Made by a program: the position numbers and the translations under genes. From positions 1 to 37,345 of IMG/VR virus record IMGVR_UViG_3300024051_000049: 37,345 bases of DNA, one strand, 5' to 3'. Source of the stretch: a virus (taxonomy: Duplodnaviria; Caudoviricetes). Shown here in pieces: positions 26,360-34,756 of this stretch (within the stretch, counting starts at the first letter, position 1; each line of letters opens with the position of its first letter). The notes below the pieces were generated by a model. The model did not search any database, had not been told where the DNA came from, and saw only the letters and a list, made by a program, of their open reading frames with translations.

Positions 26360-26752
26360 TCAAAATATGCAGGTTCCCTGGTCGTTCCATATCGTATGGA
26401 AACCAGTTTCAGTTAGTTCAATCCACCCTAATTCGATGTGGAAAACTGGGCGCTCTTCTGGGTTATCAGATTGCCGTAAACCCCAGCCGTAATATCTGGC
26501 TTCATCACGGTGGGATTCAACATATCCGTGGCAGCCTGTCGTCGCAGTGCCACACAGAAGAATGAGGTTTACAGGTGAGTTCGTTTGTGGGTCTTTCGAC
26601 CCACCCATTCCCCGTGCCCGCCGATGCTGCAATGAATACTGCTGCACTGGCTGCTCACTATGCGTGTTGTACACGGTTTTCCCGCAGCGCACGCACTGAC
26701 CGTTATCCCGATGCAAAACAAACCGGCGAACCGTTTTTGACGGGCCTGTCAT
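26360..26752 (-). CDS. HNH endonuclease
   Basis: RD-x3-CVRCG...HRR-x-RGMGG...NL-x3-CG-x5-CH. Confidence 0.88.
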   Translation of the reverse strand: MTGPSKTVRRFVLHRDNGQCVRCGKTVYNTHSEQPVQQYSLQHRRARGMGGSKDPQTNSPVNLILLCGTATTGCHGYVESHRDEARYYGWGLRQSDNPEERPVFHIELGWIELTETGFHTIWNDQGTCIF

Positions 26753-27120
26753 GACAACCCTGACGTGGCTACAAGCTCAGAACGAACTGCTGCGCCCAAA
26801 GACCTACCGACCTCGATCCGATCACGTAATGTCGCTAACGCTGCCTTCGTGGAACGGACCCTTGATTCGGCGAGTTCCATCTGAAACTTCATGTCCGAGG
26901 TTTCTAATACTGCGGATTGCTTACGAGCATCAACAGACCCGGATCCGGTAAGAAAAGCGCGTGCGAATGCTGCTTCGAATGCGATCTTCTTTTCCACGAA
27001 GTCCTCATCCAAGGTTTTGAGTTCCTTGGTGAGGTCATCGAGTTCCCTGCTTACTGACATGAGAGTGAGGGCGACCTGCGAGGGACTGGGCAGGTCGCCC
27101 TTCAACTCAAACCAGTTCAC
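26749..27120 (-). CDS. Coiled-coil protein of the recombination module
   Basis: Coupled behind the AAA ATPase. Confidence 0.7.
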   Translation of the reverse strand: MNWFELKGDLPSPSQVALTLMSVSRELDDLTKELKTLDEDFVEKKIAFEAAFARAFLTGSGSVDARKQSAVLETSDMKFQMELAESRVRSTKAALATLRDRIEVGRSLGAAVRSELVATSGLS

Positions 27121-28091
27121 GCGGCAACCTGAAACATAGTTGACCGATCATTGATCAGGGTCTTCCAGTCTGCTGGAATACCAGCAACTGAAGGATTCGA
27201 TGCTGTCTTACTGTAAAACTCCCGCAATTGCTCGATAGAGCCGATTTCTGAGAGCATGACATGCCACCAGTCATCTGGTGCACCGTCAGGTGCTGGCTGC
27301 GATTTCGCCGGTGTTGTTTCTTCCCCGACAGCCTTCGCACCAGAGTGTTCACGATTCGACATTGTGGCTTCACCTACACCGAGTTTCGCCCACAAATCTT
27401 GGATACTGAACCCCGCATACTGTTGGACCCCAGGGATAGTGAACCGAACAGATTTAAGGCCCGTGATCCACACATCACCGCGTTCCCTAAGTTGCACGAT
27501 TCCAGTCACGTCATAAGGCAGTGATTTATGAGAATCGACCTTCCAGTCCTTCTGCTTCGTCGGCTTACCATTCTCGTCCATCAAAGTGACGTAGTTCAGG
27601 CGAGAAGTCAGCAGGACCGGCCCATTATGCGACCGCAAAGTGTCCATTATGTGTTCCCAGCGTTGCCCAGCAAGATTCCACAAATCCATCGTCAACTTCA
27701 AGTCATCTGGGATTGGCTTCTTACTTCTCCGCAAACGCTTCAGAAAGATTTCTTCCATGTCGTTCTTCATGAGATCCCATAAACGGGTCATCGAATCCAC
27801 GACGATCATGTTAGGCTTCCCGCCTTCGCCAGGTTCTTGAACGGCCTGCTCGAGAACATTCAGGATTCCCCGGTATGTCCCATCATGTTGGGCTATCTCA
27901 AAATCAGAGCCAGGAATGTGAGCGTATTCGTCAGGATCGTCCTCACCAATTCCAATCCAGATCGTGCGATGCACGAGTGGGGAGCTGGAGGCTTCAGCAC
28001 AAGCCCACGACTTTCCTGCTTTCTCAACACCTGCAATGAGGATCATCGGCCATGGTGTTGCGCCGGTTGGTTTACGAGTTATGAGCGCCAT
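27117..28091 (-). CDS. AAA/RecA-like ATPase (Sak4-type recombination protein candidate)
   Basis: GVEKAGKS Walker A, IVVDS Walker B; follows YqaJ. Confidence 0.8.
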   Translation of the reverse strand: MALITRKPTGATPWPMILIAGVEKAGKSWACAEASSSPLVHRTIWIGIGEDDPDEYAHIPGSDFEIAQHDGTYRGILNVLEQAVQEPGEGGKPNMIVVDSMTRLWDLMKNDMEEIFLKRLRRSKKPIPDDLKLTMDLWNLAGQRWEHIMDTLRSHNGPVLLTSRLNYVTLMDENGKPTKQKDWKVDSHKSLPYDVTGIVQLRERGDVWITGLKSVRFTIPGVQQYAGFSIQDLWAKLGVGEATMSNREHSGAKAVGEETTPAKSQPAPDGAPDDWWHVMLSEIGSIEQLREFYSKTASNPSVAGIPADWKTLINDRSTMFQVAA

Positions 28092-29146
28092 TATGCTGCC
28101 TTCCCTTTTGACCCATAGGTTGCGTAATCGAAAGCGTTCTTCCCAGCGGGGATGCGCAGTGATCGGAAGTCAGCGCGTTGGCGCGTGTACTCTTGCTTAA
28201 CCTCAAAATCACTACGGTTTTCGAGTTCAGCTAGACGCTCCACTAGAGCATCAACGTCCACGTAAGATTGGCCCTTCTGGTTCTTCCACGTCACAGCAGG
28301 CTTACCGTGAATGATCAGCTGCTCGGCAGTACCAAGTAGAGCTTTCACTTTCAAGGATGCTTCCTTCTCAGTTTTCTCTAACTGCAAACGAGCGTCCCGG
28401 ACAAGCGCCCACTCGAGGTATTGATCAATCGCCATTTCAGGGATTGGCAAGTCATCTACGAGCAGTGTTTTCTCTGGGTCGGCAGTGGGGAACCGTAAAT
28501 CCAATTCGTCAGCAGTGACAGACGCGTAATCAATGGGAGGTTCCACGCCTTCCACGATGTGGCGCTGCCACCACGCAGTTTCGCGTGCGATGATTTCAGT
28601 GATCTGCTCTTCATCACGTTCGATAGGGCCGTGAATTTTCACGGATCGTCCAACGAGAGCGACAATCCAGCCGTGCGACCGACCAGTTACTGCGAGTGCT
28701 TTCTGTACTTGCAGTAGAGGGTGCTCAGGGATTTCACCTGAGTTCCACACTTCACCGTTAGCGGTGAACCACTCGGTGGTTTTCATCTCCAGGACTCCAC
28801 CATCTGATGTGAAACCATCCGGGTTCACATACAGTTCTGGGTGAGCTTTGGAAACGTATGTTCCGACACGACGCACGTCAATGCCGGTTTTTTCTTTAAA
28901 CCGGTCAATGATGATCGGTTCCATGACATGTCCATACCAGAAGATGTCTTTATCTTCCTCAACGGGTGGCTCTGTTTCGTGCTTCTCGACCCACACGTGG
29001 TATGGAGTGGAAAACTTGTTGACACCAGCGAGAGTTGCGGAGTCTGTCCCACCCAATCCTTTACGGCGTTGCAGGAGCCATTCTTCACGTGAAGCGGAAG
29101 CCGGCAATATGAGTTTCGCTGCTGGTGCTTTGTAGTTCGCGGTCAT
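28091..29146 (-). CDS. YqaJ/lambda-exonuclease-family recombination exonuclease
   Basis: WL-x-x-R-x-x-GLGGTD...G-x3-E...PDG...LEMKT. Confidence 0.92.
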   Translation of the reverse strand: MTANYKAPAAKLILPASASREEWLLQRRKGLGGTDSATLAGVNKFSTPYHVWVEKHETEPPVEEDKDIFWYGHVMEPIIIDRFKEKTGIDVRRVGTYVSKAHPELYVNPDGFTSDGGVLEMKTTEWFTANGEVWNSGEIPEHPLLQVQKALAVTGRSHGWIVALVGRSVKIHGPIERDEEQITEIIARETAWWQRHIVEGVEPPIDYASVTADELDLRFPTADPEKTLLVDDLPIPEMAIDQYLEWALVRDARLQLEKTEKEASLKVKALLGTAEQLIIHGKPAVTWKNQKGQSYVDVDALVERLAELENRSDFEVKQEYTRQRADFRSLRIPAGKNAFDYATYGSKGKAA

Positions 29147-29253
29147 GCTGCTACCTCGATTCGTTTCACCGGGACCCGCACAAGACGCGATGCAGGCGGT
29201 TCAGGATCGGGACGGCGCGGCACAAACCTGCGCAACACAATGACGTTTGACAT
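29143..29253 (-). CDS. 36-aa peptide
   Basis: GAAAGGA SD; MSNVIVLRRF...IEVAA; ATGA overlap. Confidence 0.6.
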   Translation of the reverse strand: MSNVIVLRRFVPRRPDPEPPASRLVRVPVKRIEVAA

Positions 29254-29312
29254 AAACTTTCCTTTCAGATCACACGCACAAGCTCGCCAAAGCCCAAGTG
29301 CGTGCTGGTTTG

Positions 29313-29567
29313 CTATGAAGGCCGGTATGCGCCATACACGCTCACCAGCGTTGACTCGCTTGCCCGCGAGAAACCCAAGAACCGTTCCACACCATGCCCA
29401 CGGGCTACCGTGAACGGTTCAGAAAGGATGATCGTTGCTAGCGCATACCGGTCAACAGGGTCATCAACTCTGACAGTCAAAGCGTTTTCACTCGACTCGA
29501 AGTCAGTTTTGAAACCCCGGAATTGAGCGGCCATAGCCGCATGATCACGAGCTATTACTGGACCCAT
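29313..29567 (-). CDS. Hypothetical protein (start uncertain)
   Basis: Fills the gap in the operon. Confidence 0.55.
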   Translation of the reverse strand: MGPVIARDHAAMAAQFRGFKTDFESSENALTVRVDDPVDRYALATIILSEPFTVARGHGVERFLGFSRASESTLVSVYGAYRPS

Positions 29568-29758
29568 CCCAAACCCCCACAGGGTTTGCAATCCAAGTCA
29601 CCGGTAATTCCACGTCCACCACAGTCAGGGCAATCCACCCCAACAGTGTTTTCAATGTCCTGGAGTAGTTCATTTGACTGCTCCCGATTCAGGGTGACGG
29701 TCGAACCGTCATCAAATCGAATCTCGATACCACCCTCATCTGGTAGGACAATCATCAA
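29555..29758 (-). CDS. Small protein with DnaJ-type zinc-finger repeats
   Basis: CPDCGGRG...CKPCGGLG. Confidence 0.75.
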   Translation of the reverse strand: MMIVLPDEGGIEIRFDDGSTVTLNREQSNELLQDIENTVGVDCPDCGGRGITGDLDCKPCGGLGWVQ

Positions 29759-29928
29759 ATGCTCCTAACAATCGCCATGATTTTTGATTCTGGATACTTG
29801 TATGGGGAAGTCCTCCCACCAAACTGCCGGCCAGGTAACTCCCCACGCCGTGTTTTCAACCTGACGACCTCAGGGTGCATGCCAAGGATCTGTGCGACTT
29901 CCCGCACATTTAAAAGCCTGTCTCCCAT
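29755..29928 (-). CDS. Excisionase-like winged-HTH protein, 57 aa
   Basis: Not in the ORF track; MGDRLLNVREVAQILGMHPEVVRLKTRRGELPG-x-x-FG matches the HTH_17/Xis pattern. Confidence 0.8.
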   Translation of the reverse strand: MGDRLLNVREVAQILGMHPEVVRLKTRRGELPGRQFGGRTSPYKYPESKIMAIVRSI

Positions 29929-29931
29929 GTC

Positions 29932-30069
29932 TCATCCAAGAGGGGAAGCTATGAGCAGCATCATGTACACGCTGATGTAGCAGATCGCTGCGAGAACGAA
30001 AATGCAGGCCGTGAAAAACATGGCCTGCACTGTCTTACGGACTTTTGGTTTCCACCAGAAACCATTCAT
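29932..30069 (-). CDS. Small membrane protein, 45 aa
   Basis: GGAGG SD; one hydrophobic helix. Confidence 0.65.
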   Translation of the reverse strand: MNGFWWKPKVRKTVQAMFFTACIFVLAAICYISVYMMLLIASPLG

Positions 30070-30263
30070 GGGGTGACCTCCAATTGGTCTGGGAAGAAAA
30101 CCCATCCTCCGTGCATGGGGTTGGCGATTCCTTCCACTTCGATTAGGACAGCGGGGCCAACAACACGCGTGATGACTCCGGTATCGTTTTTCCGTGGTCC
30201 TCGATCCGTGTAAGGGGAGCGGAGGACTTTCACTGATGTGCCAGGCTTCCACTGGTCAGCCAT
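30066..30263 (-). CDS. Small beta-barrel-like hypothetical protein
   Basis: GAGG SD; overlaps both neighbours. Confidence 0.65.
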   Translation of the reverse strand: MADQWKPGTSVKVLRSPYTDRGPRKNDTGVITRVVGPAVLIEVEGIANPMHGGWVFFPDQLEVTP

Positions 30264-30648
30264 TTGACACCTCGAGTGCTGCGATCTGGTCACGCAGGTT
30301 TTGTGCCTTGTCTACGGCTTTCTCCAAACGGGTTAGCAGGGTTTTCTGCTTACGGCGTTTGTTTGCTTCCTGCACTGGGATGAATTCACTTAATTCGGCT
30401 TCGAGGATGATCGCTTCGCCTCCCCATCTGCGCACGATGTCGACCTTCGATTGTGCTGCAGATCTGGACTGGTAAAGCTTGTTTTGCTTGGGCCAGAAGA
30501 ACGGCTTGTACGCGCCGAATTTCTCTTCCGAGTATTCTTGCCACCCTTCCGGCTCCCAGTCCTCGTTGATGTCGAACGCGCCCTCATCCCACTCATAGAT
30601 CGCACCGTCTGGGTACTTCGTGATTTCCATCTTGTACATGCGGGTCAT
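30256..30648 (-). CDS. Hypothetical protein
   Basis: AAGGAG SD; W-x-PEGW...FFWP...Y-x-SRS-x-A. Confidence 0.75.
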   Translation of the reverse strand: MTRMYKMEITKYPDGAIYEWDEGAFDINEDWEPEGWQEYSEEKFGAYKPFFWPKQNKLYQSRSAAQSKVDIVRRWGGEAIILEAELSEFIPVQEANKRRKQKTLLTRLEKAVDKAQNLRDQIAALEVSNG

Positions 30649-31478
30649 GCTGCGATCTCCTTACTAAGCGGTGGGAGCACCACATTGTGGGTGCGTAGGT
30701 TTTGAATTGCGGCATCCCATAGCCGTCCGTAACCGCGTGGGGTGAGGCGCGCGGACACTTTCACGAAAGACCCGTGATTCTTCGTTTGCACGGGAGTGTC
30801 CTTCGGCCGCACCCAACCCGATTCGATAGCCTTCGCGGTTGGCTGGTTATGGCGTACCGTATTCCCGCGAATGATCAGGCCAACGCGCCCGGCAAGGTCG
30901 AACACGTCATCCTGCCGGATCTTCACGTCAGGGAAATTCGATGCAGCGTGCACTTTCAGATCGTTGGCGAGATCACCGATAGTGCGCAGACCGTCTGCCT
31001 GCCGGAATGTTTCAGCTTGAGCGGCAGGCCCTTCCAGTTCTTGCGCTCGTTGAAGTGCGGCTTCTTTCGCGTCCTCCGCTTCAATGATCATGAGCGCGAG
31101 GTCACGGCGTGAGAGTTCACGGGGAGCCTGGGTTTCAGCGATGCGGGTTTGAATCGCGAAGTACGCTTGAGCCGCAGCCACTTCTGGGATATTTGGATCA
31201 CCATTCATCGCGACAAGGTACGCAGCAAAGCGCACCATGTAAATTTCCTCACGCGGACGGCCACCCGTACCCTTTTCAGTCGATCGCCTGAAAAGGTTCT
31301 CAACGTCATGGCCTTGGTTTTCAGCAGTCTTGAATGCACGGTTTATTGGGTTGAGGAACTCGTTCCACCGCGCATACCCCATGAGCGGCATCAAGTCACG
31401 GGCGGACCAGTACTCTGTACCATCAGGGCGGCGCTTCGCAATCCGATCAAACGGTGATGCAGGAACGCTGAGGCTCAT
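30645..31478 (-). CDS. Antirepressor-like protein (DinD/Bro-like N-terminus, KilAC-like C-terminus)
   Basis: SPFD...WSARDLM-x-x-MGY...AMNGDP...AQAYFA; PTA-x-AI-x-x-G...TPRG. Confidence 0.85.
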   Translation of the reverse strand: MSLSVPASPFDRIAKRRPDGTEYWSARDLMPLMGYARWNEFLNPINRAFKTAENQGHDVENLFRRSTEKGTGGRPREEIYMVRFAAYLVAMNGDPNIPEVAAAQAYFAIQTRIAETQAPRELSRRDLALMIIEAEDAKEAALQRAQELEGPAAQAETFRQADGLRTIGDLANDLKVHAASNFPDVKIRQDDVFDLAGRVGLIIRGNTVRHNQPTAKAIESGWVRPKDTPVQTKNHGSFVKVSARLTPRGYGRLWDAAIQNLRTHNVVLPPLSKEIAA

Positions 31479-32113
31479 TTTCCCTCCCACCGCTTTACGG
31501 TTGCTTTGCCCAGTCGCTTCAACGCACGGTATTGCTCGAACCAGATTTCTTGGGTGGCTTCGTCGGCGGTCCATTGCTTACGGCGGCGCTTCACCTCGTC
31601 CATGAGGGTGCCGAGAGTGCCACCGGTCCAGCAGCCAACGTCGAGGCGGTGTCCGCCGTTTTTTGTGCGGTAGAGATTTGCGGTTACGTTTTCTGAGCCG
31701 ATCTGCTGTACGACGAGGTAGTGCCATGAACGCTCAATATCCGCGTCGCCGTACACCCGCGCGCCGCCGGACACCTCCGCGTCGCCGAACACCCGCGCGT
31801 CGCCGAACACCCGCGCGCCGCCGAACACCCGCGCGCCGCCGAACACCTCCGCGTCGCCGAACACCCGCGCGCCGCCGAACACCCGCGCGCCGCCGAACAC
31901 CCGCGCGCCGCCGAACACCCGCGCGTCGCCGAACACCTCCGCGCCGCCGAACACCCACGAGCCATCATGTAGGTTGTCTAGGCTCTCAACCCAGCCACCA
32001 AGATCACCAGCCTTCACACCCTGTCGTGGTAGGTCTCGTGTAGCCCTGATCCGGTGGACCGTGTAGCTGTAAACCACTTTGGTCTCGCCCGTGAACTCGA
32101 AATGCTTGCTCAT
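31475..32113 (-). CDS. Hexapeptide-repeat (beta-helix) phage protein
   Basis: RIRA-x-RD...GDLGGWVE-x3-NL, 12 V[FSY]G[GD]A[RED] units, GCW-x-G. Confidence 0.88.
   Translation of the reverse strand: MSKHFEFTGETKVVYSYTVHRIRATRDLPRQGVKAGDLGGWVESLDNLHDGSWVFGGAEVFGDARVFGGARVFGGARVFGGARVFGDAEVFGGARVFGGARVFGDARVFGDAEVSGGARVYGDADIERSWHYLVVQQIGSENVTANLYRTKNGGHRLDVGCWTGGTLGTLMDEVKRRRKQWTADEATQEIWFEQYRALKRLGKATVKRWEGK
31739..31954 (-). repeat. Coding tandem repeat, 18-bp unit x12
   Basis: Consensus GTGTTCGGCG[GA]CGCG[CG][GA]G. Confidence 0.97.
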
Positions 32114-32517
32114 GCGGGCACCTCTTCAACAGTGGTCTGGCTGAAGGCATATTCGATAGCCTCCGTGAAAGTCGCAAACCAGCGAAACGGCTCACCCTTG
32201 ACATCAACTACCCACGCATTGACACAAGCGTTGGATTTGAAAACACCGGTCGTCCCGTACACAGTCTGATAATCCAGATATGCACCATCAGATATCAGCG
32301 GTGGCCTCGGCCGACCAAGCCGATCCTCAAACCCCGACACCACAGTGAACGGACCGAAATGTTCGAGAGCGAACCGAGCAGAATACGGCGCACCACTGCC
32401 CCCCATCAAAACAAGATGAGCAACACCAACAACAACACGATTACCGTTCTTATCCTGAAGCACAGTGCCTTCATATAAAGCATCAAGCTCAGCCAAGTTT
32501 GTGATCTGACGATTCAT
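32110..32517 (-). CDS. Hypothetical protein
   Basis: ELDAL-x-x-GTV-x-x-D module; coupled. Confidence 0.7.
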   Translation of the reverse strand: MNRQITNLAELDALYEGTVLQDKNGNRVVVGVAHLVLMGGSGAPYSARFALEHFGPFTVVSGFEDRLGRPRPPLISDGAYLDYQTVYGTTGVFKSNACVNAWVVDVKGEPFRWFATFTEAIEYAFSQTTVEEVPA

Positions 32518-32519
32518 GA

Positions 32520-32666
32520 TCAGTCAGCCCTGTGAAAACCTGGGGAAGCCAAAAAATCCCGGTTAAACGAGCGAGCGAGCCGCTGAAACTCAACCTCACG
32601 CTCAGAGTTATACGTTGCATGCTTTGGACCCTCATAAGCGTGAGCGCCCTTATACGTTGAGGCCAT
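32520..32666 (-). CDS. Hypothetical protein, 48 aa
   Basis: GGAGG SD before ATG 32666. Confidence 0.65.
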   Translation of the reverse strand: MASTYKGAHAYEGPKHATYNSEREVEFQRLARSFNRDFLASPGFHRAD

Positions 32667-32992
32667 AATCAGGCCCTCCACATTCTTTATCGATGATGAA
32701 CAAAAACAATATTTTTGAAGCTGTACCCAACCCGGCAGTGGTCCTTTCGACATGCCCACTTACCTGCCTACCCACCGGACGAAAACCTTGATGGGGTTAG
32801 CAGTAACAACCATTGGGTTGAGTCACCTGTCGGTGCTTCACACGGTCTGCGTGGTGTCATCGCGCTCACCAGTCAAATTCGATGCCAGCGCTCTTCCACG
32901 GTTCTCGTGTGGTCGTATCTCTATGTTGTTTTCAAGGTTCAACCGGTCGGACTTTTCACTGCTGGGGCAGTTACTGGGTGGCCTCCGGGAAG

Positions 32993-33262
32993 TTAAGCGG
33001 CTTTATCAAGCAGTACAACTGCACCGCTTGAACAGGCCATCTTGCGCACAAAAACGAGAGCTTCTGGAACATCCAAAGCCTCCGCAATGCGCTTACCAAG
33101 CAATGGAGTGCACGTCCGCTTCCGACCAACGCGAAGGTGGACGATAAACGACTTCGAGCAGCCGGCATATCGTGCGAGCCTCTCCGTGGAGAAGCCGCGC
33201 TGATCCATGAGTGCTCTCAACGTCTGCGGACTAGTGAGCTCCATGTACACGCTGCGGTTCAT
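32993..33262 (-). CDS. Cro-like XRE HTH regulator
   Basis: LRALM...LARYAGCSKSFI-x-HL-x-x-G...IAEAL-x-VP; GGAGG SD; divergent from the repressor. Confidence 0.88.
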   Translation of the reverse strand: MNRSVYMELTSPQTLRALMDQRGFSTERLARYAGCSKSFIVHLRVGRKRTCTPLLGKRIAEALDVPEALVFVRKMACSSGAVVLLDKAA

Positions 33263-33282
33263 GTTTGCCTCCAATCCGTTGT

Positions 33283-33447
33283 GGTAACCGTTGCTTGCAA
33301 TATCTATCCTATGGCAACGGTAACCGGTGCGCAAGACCCTTTTTAAAAGTTTTTTAAGGAATTTTGCTGAACCCTCAAGACGTTGGTAACCGCTCCAGAT
33401 AGGCTAGAGGCGTATTTCCCGCATATATCAAGGGAAAACGGTAACCG
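33283..33447. promoter_or_regulatory. Four operator cores GGTAACCG
   Basis: Exact copies at 33283, 33319, 33385 and 33440, between cro and the repressor gene. Confidence 0.75.
33306..33334 (-). promoter_or_regulatory. Early lytic promoter with operator in the spacer
   Basis: TTGCGC-17 nt-TAGGAT; near-palindrome GCAACGGTAACCGGTGC at 33314-33330. Confidence 0.75.
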
Positions 33448-33465
33448 ACGGCCCCGCCGCATCCG

Positions 33466-33494
33466 TTGCCGAGACCCCCACCGAAAGAGATGGT
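33466..33494 (+). promoter_or_regulatory. Candidate leaderless repressor promoter
   Basis: TTGCCG-17 nt-GATGGT, 6 nt before GTG 33501; no strong SD. Confidence 0.5.
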
Positions 33495-33500
33495 TAACCC

Positions 33501-34001
33501 GTGCAAAGCATCACTGACCTCATCCGATCTCAAGCAGCCATAACAGGCCGCTCATACCGAGACATGGAAGCGATCAGCGAAGCGGCAGGCTACAAGGTCC
33601 GACACCAAGCCTTCAACACCCTCGCTAACCGAGGTCCGGAAGGATTTCCCAGACACGTAGAAACCGTGAAGGGAATAGCAGTGGCATTGGATCTTACCGA
33701 GGAAGAAGTCCTCATGGGCTATGCGGTATCCCTGGGCATCCCTGTGAGAGGTAAGTCGTCTTTCGAGACTCGACTTCCCCCACGGGTGGATGAGCTTGAT
33801 CCAGAGATAGCGGATAACCTTATCCGTCTCATTAGGTCAGTGATAAATGAAGGGAGTGGGGAACATGATCAGCGTTCCACCACCGACATGCAGGCCGCAG
33901 GGAGTGCGGCCACCATCGCCCAAGACGATCTAGCCTTGGCAGCTCGAACCGGACTAGCCGGTAATGAGCAAGACACAGACTTCGATTCGTGGGGAGCCTA
34001 A
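33501..34001 (+). CDS. Immunity repressor (ImmR-like)
   Basis: RSYRDM N-terminal HTH-like region, IAVALDL, DLALAAR tail; position opposite cro and upstream of immA. Confidence 0.75.
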   Translation: MQSITDLIRSQAAITGRSYRDMEAISEAAGYKVRHQAFNTLANRGPEGFPRHVETVKGIAVALDLTEEEVLMGYAVSLGIPVRGKSSFETRLPPRVDELDPEIADNLIRLIRSVINEGSGEHDQRSTTDMQAAGSAATIAQDDLALAARTGLAGNEQDTDFDSWGA

Positions 34002-34059
34002 AGAAACCCAGCGAATCTACCGAAAACAGGTAGAAACACTTCTGCGCGGAAGGCCCATC

Positions 34060-34710
34060 ATGAGCGATAATCAATTCCAGCCGAAACCGGGAACGCAATC
34101 GACCCCGCAAACCCGGGCAGACATACGGATCCAGCAACCGGCGCTTGCCCCGCAATTTTCACCAGAACCACCACAGCCTCCAGTTCCACAGGTAGAACAG
34201 GATACTGCGACTCCACCGCGCAAGCGCCGGCTGATATCCATCCTCGCTGGATTCCTCACCGGCATACTCGTAGGAGCAGCCGGTGGAGTCGGATACATGC
34301 TCTGGGATCAACGATCCGACAATACAGCCGATGAAGAGTCTGACTTCACCCTCACAGTCCACGGGTCCGTGCAAGTCCCCGGACGCGACGCATCAGGCAG
34401 CCCATACATCACATCAGGCGGCAGATGCCGAGCTAACGATGGTTATGACGACGTGCGAGAAGGCGGGCAAGTAATCATCCGAGATAGCGCCAATACTGTC
34501 ATCGGGCTTGGCTACTTGAATGGCGGACGCATAGAGAAATCCGACTACGTAGACGGGGCTTACGAGACCGGAAAGTGCATCTTCACATTCGAGATCGAAG
34601 AAGTAAACCCACCATCTGGCTTCGTCTCCATTGACGTAGGGAATCGGGCCCCGTACACCATCGAATCGCTCGCGTTGTGGGATCCGATCGACCTCACTTT
34701 GGGGTACTAA
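34060..34710 (+). CDS. Single-pass membrane protein in the lysogeny module
   Basis: Pro/Gln-rich N-terminus, RKRR then TM helix, two-Cys beta-rich domain; GGAAGG SD. Confidence 0.8.
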   Translation: MSDNQFQPKPGTQSTPQTRADIRIQQPALAPQFSPEPPQPPVPQVEQDTATPPRKRRLISILAGFLTGILVGAAGGVGYMLWDQRSDNTADEESDFTLTVHGSVQVPGRDASGSPYITSGGRCRANDGYDDVREGGQVIIRDSANTVIGLGYLNGGRIEKSDYVDGAYETGKCIFTFEIEEVNPPSGFVSIDVGNRAPYTIESLALWDPIDLTLGY

Positions 34711-34728
34711 ACCGGGTACGAAAACCCA

Positions 34729-34750
34729 TGTCAGTGGGTAGAACTACCCT
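34729..34750 (+). promoter_or_regulatory. PafBC/RecA-NDp-type DNA-damage promoter (leaderless)
   Basis: TGTCAG-tgggtagaac-TACCCT = TGTCRG-N10-TANNNT, 6 nt before the immA ATG. Confidence 0.75.
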
Positions 34751-34756
34751 GCTAGC

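Noticed and set aside
26345-26360. Extra GGTAACCG-type operator upstream of the LAETG gene
   Set aside because: Only a partial match (CCGTTACCG); could be chance
31739-31954. CRISPR array or Arg-rich protamine-like ORFs in other frames
   Set aside because: No spacers; the RRR ORFs are alternative frames of the hexapeptide repeat
984-32269. Numerous plus-strand ORFs in the track
   Set aside because: Antisense shadows of well-supported minus-strand genes; no recognisable motifs
32715-33147. Plus-strand ORFs 32715-32996 and 32752-33147 as genes
   Set aside because: No SD or motifs, and one overlaps cro antisense; not fully excluded
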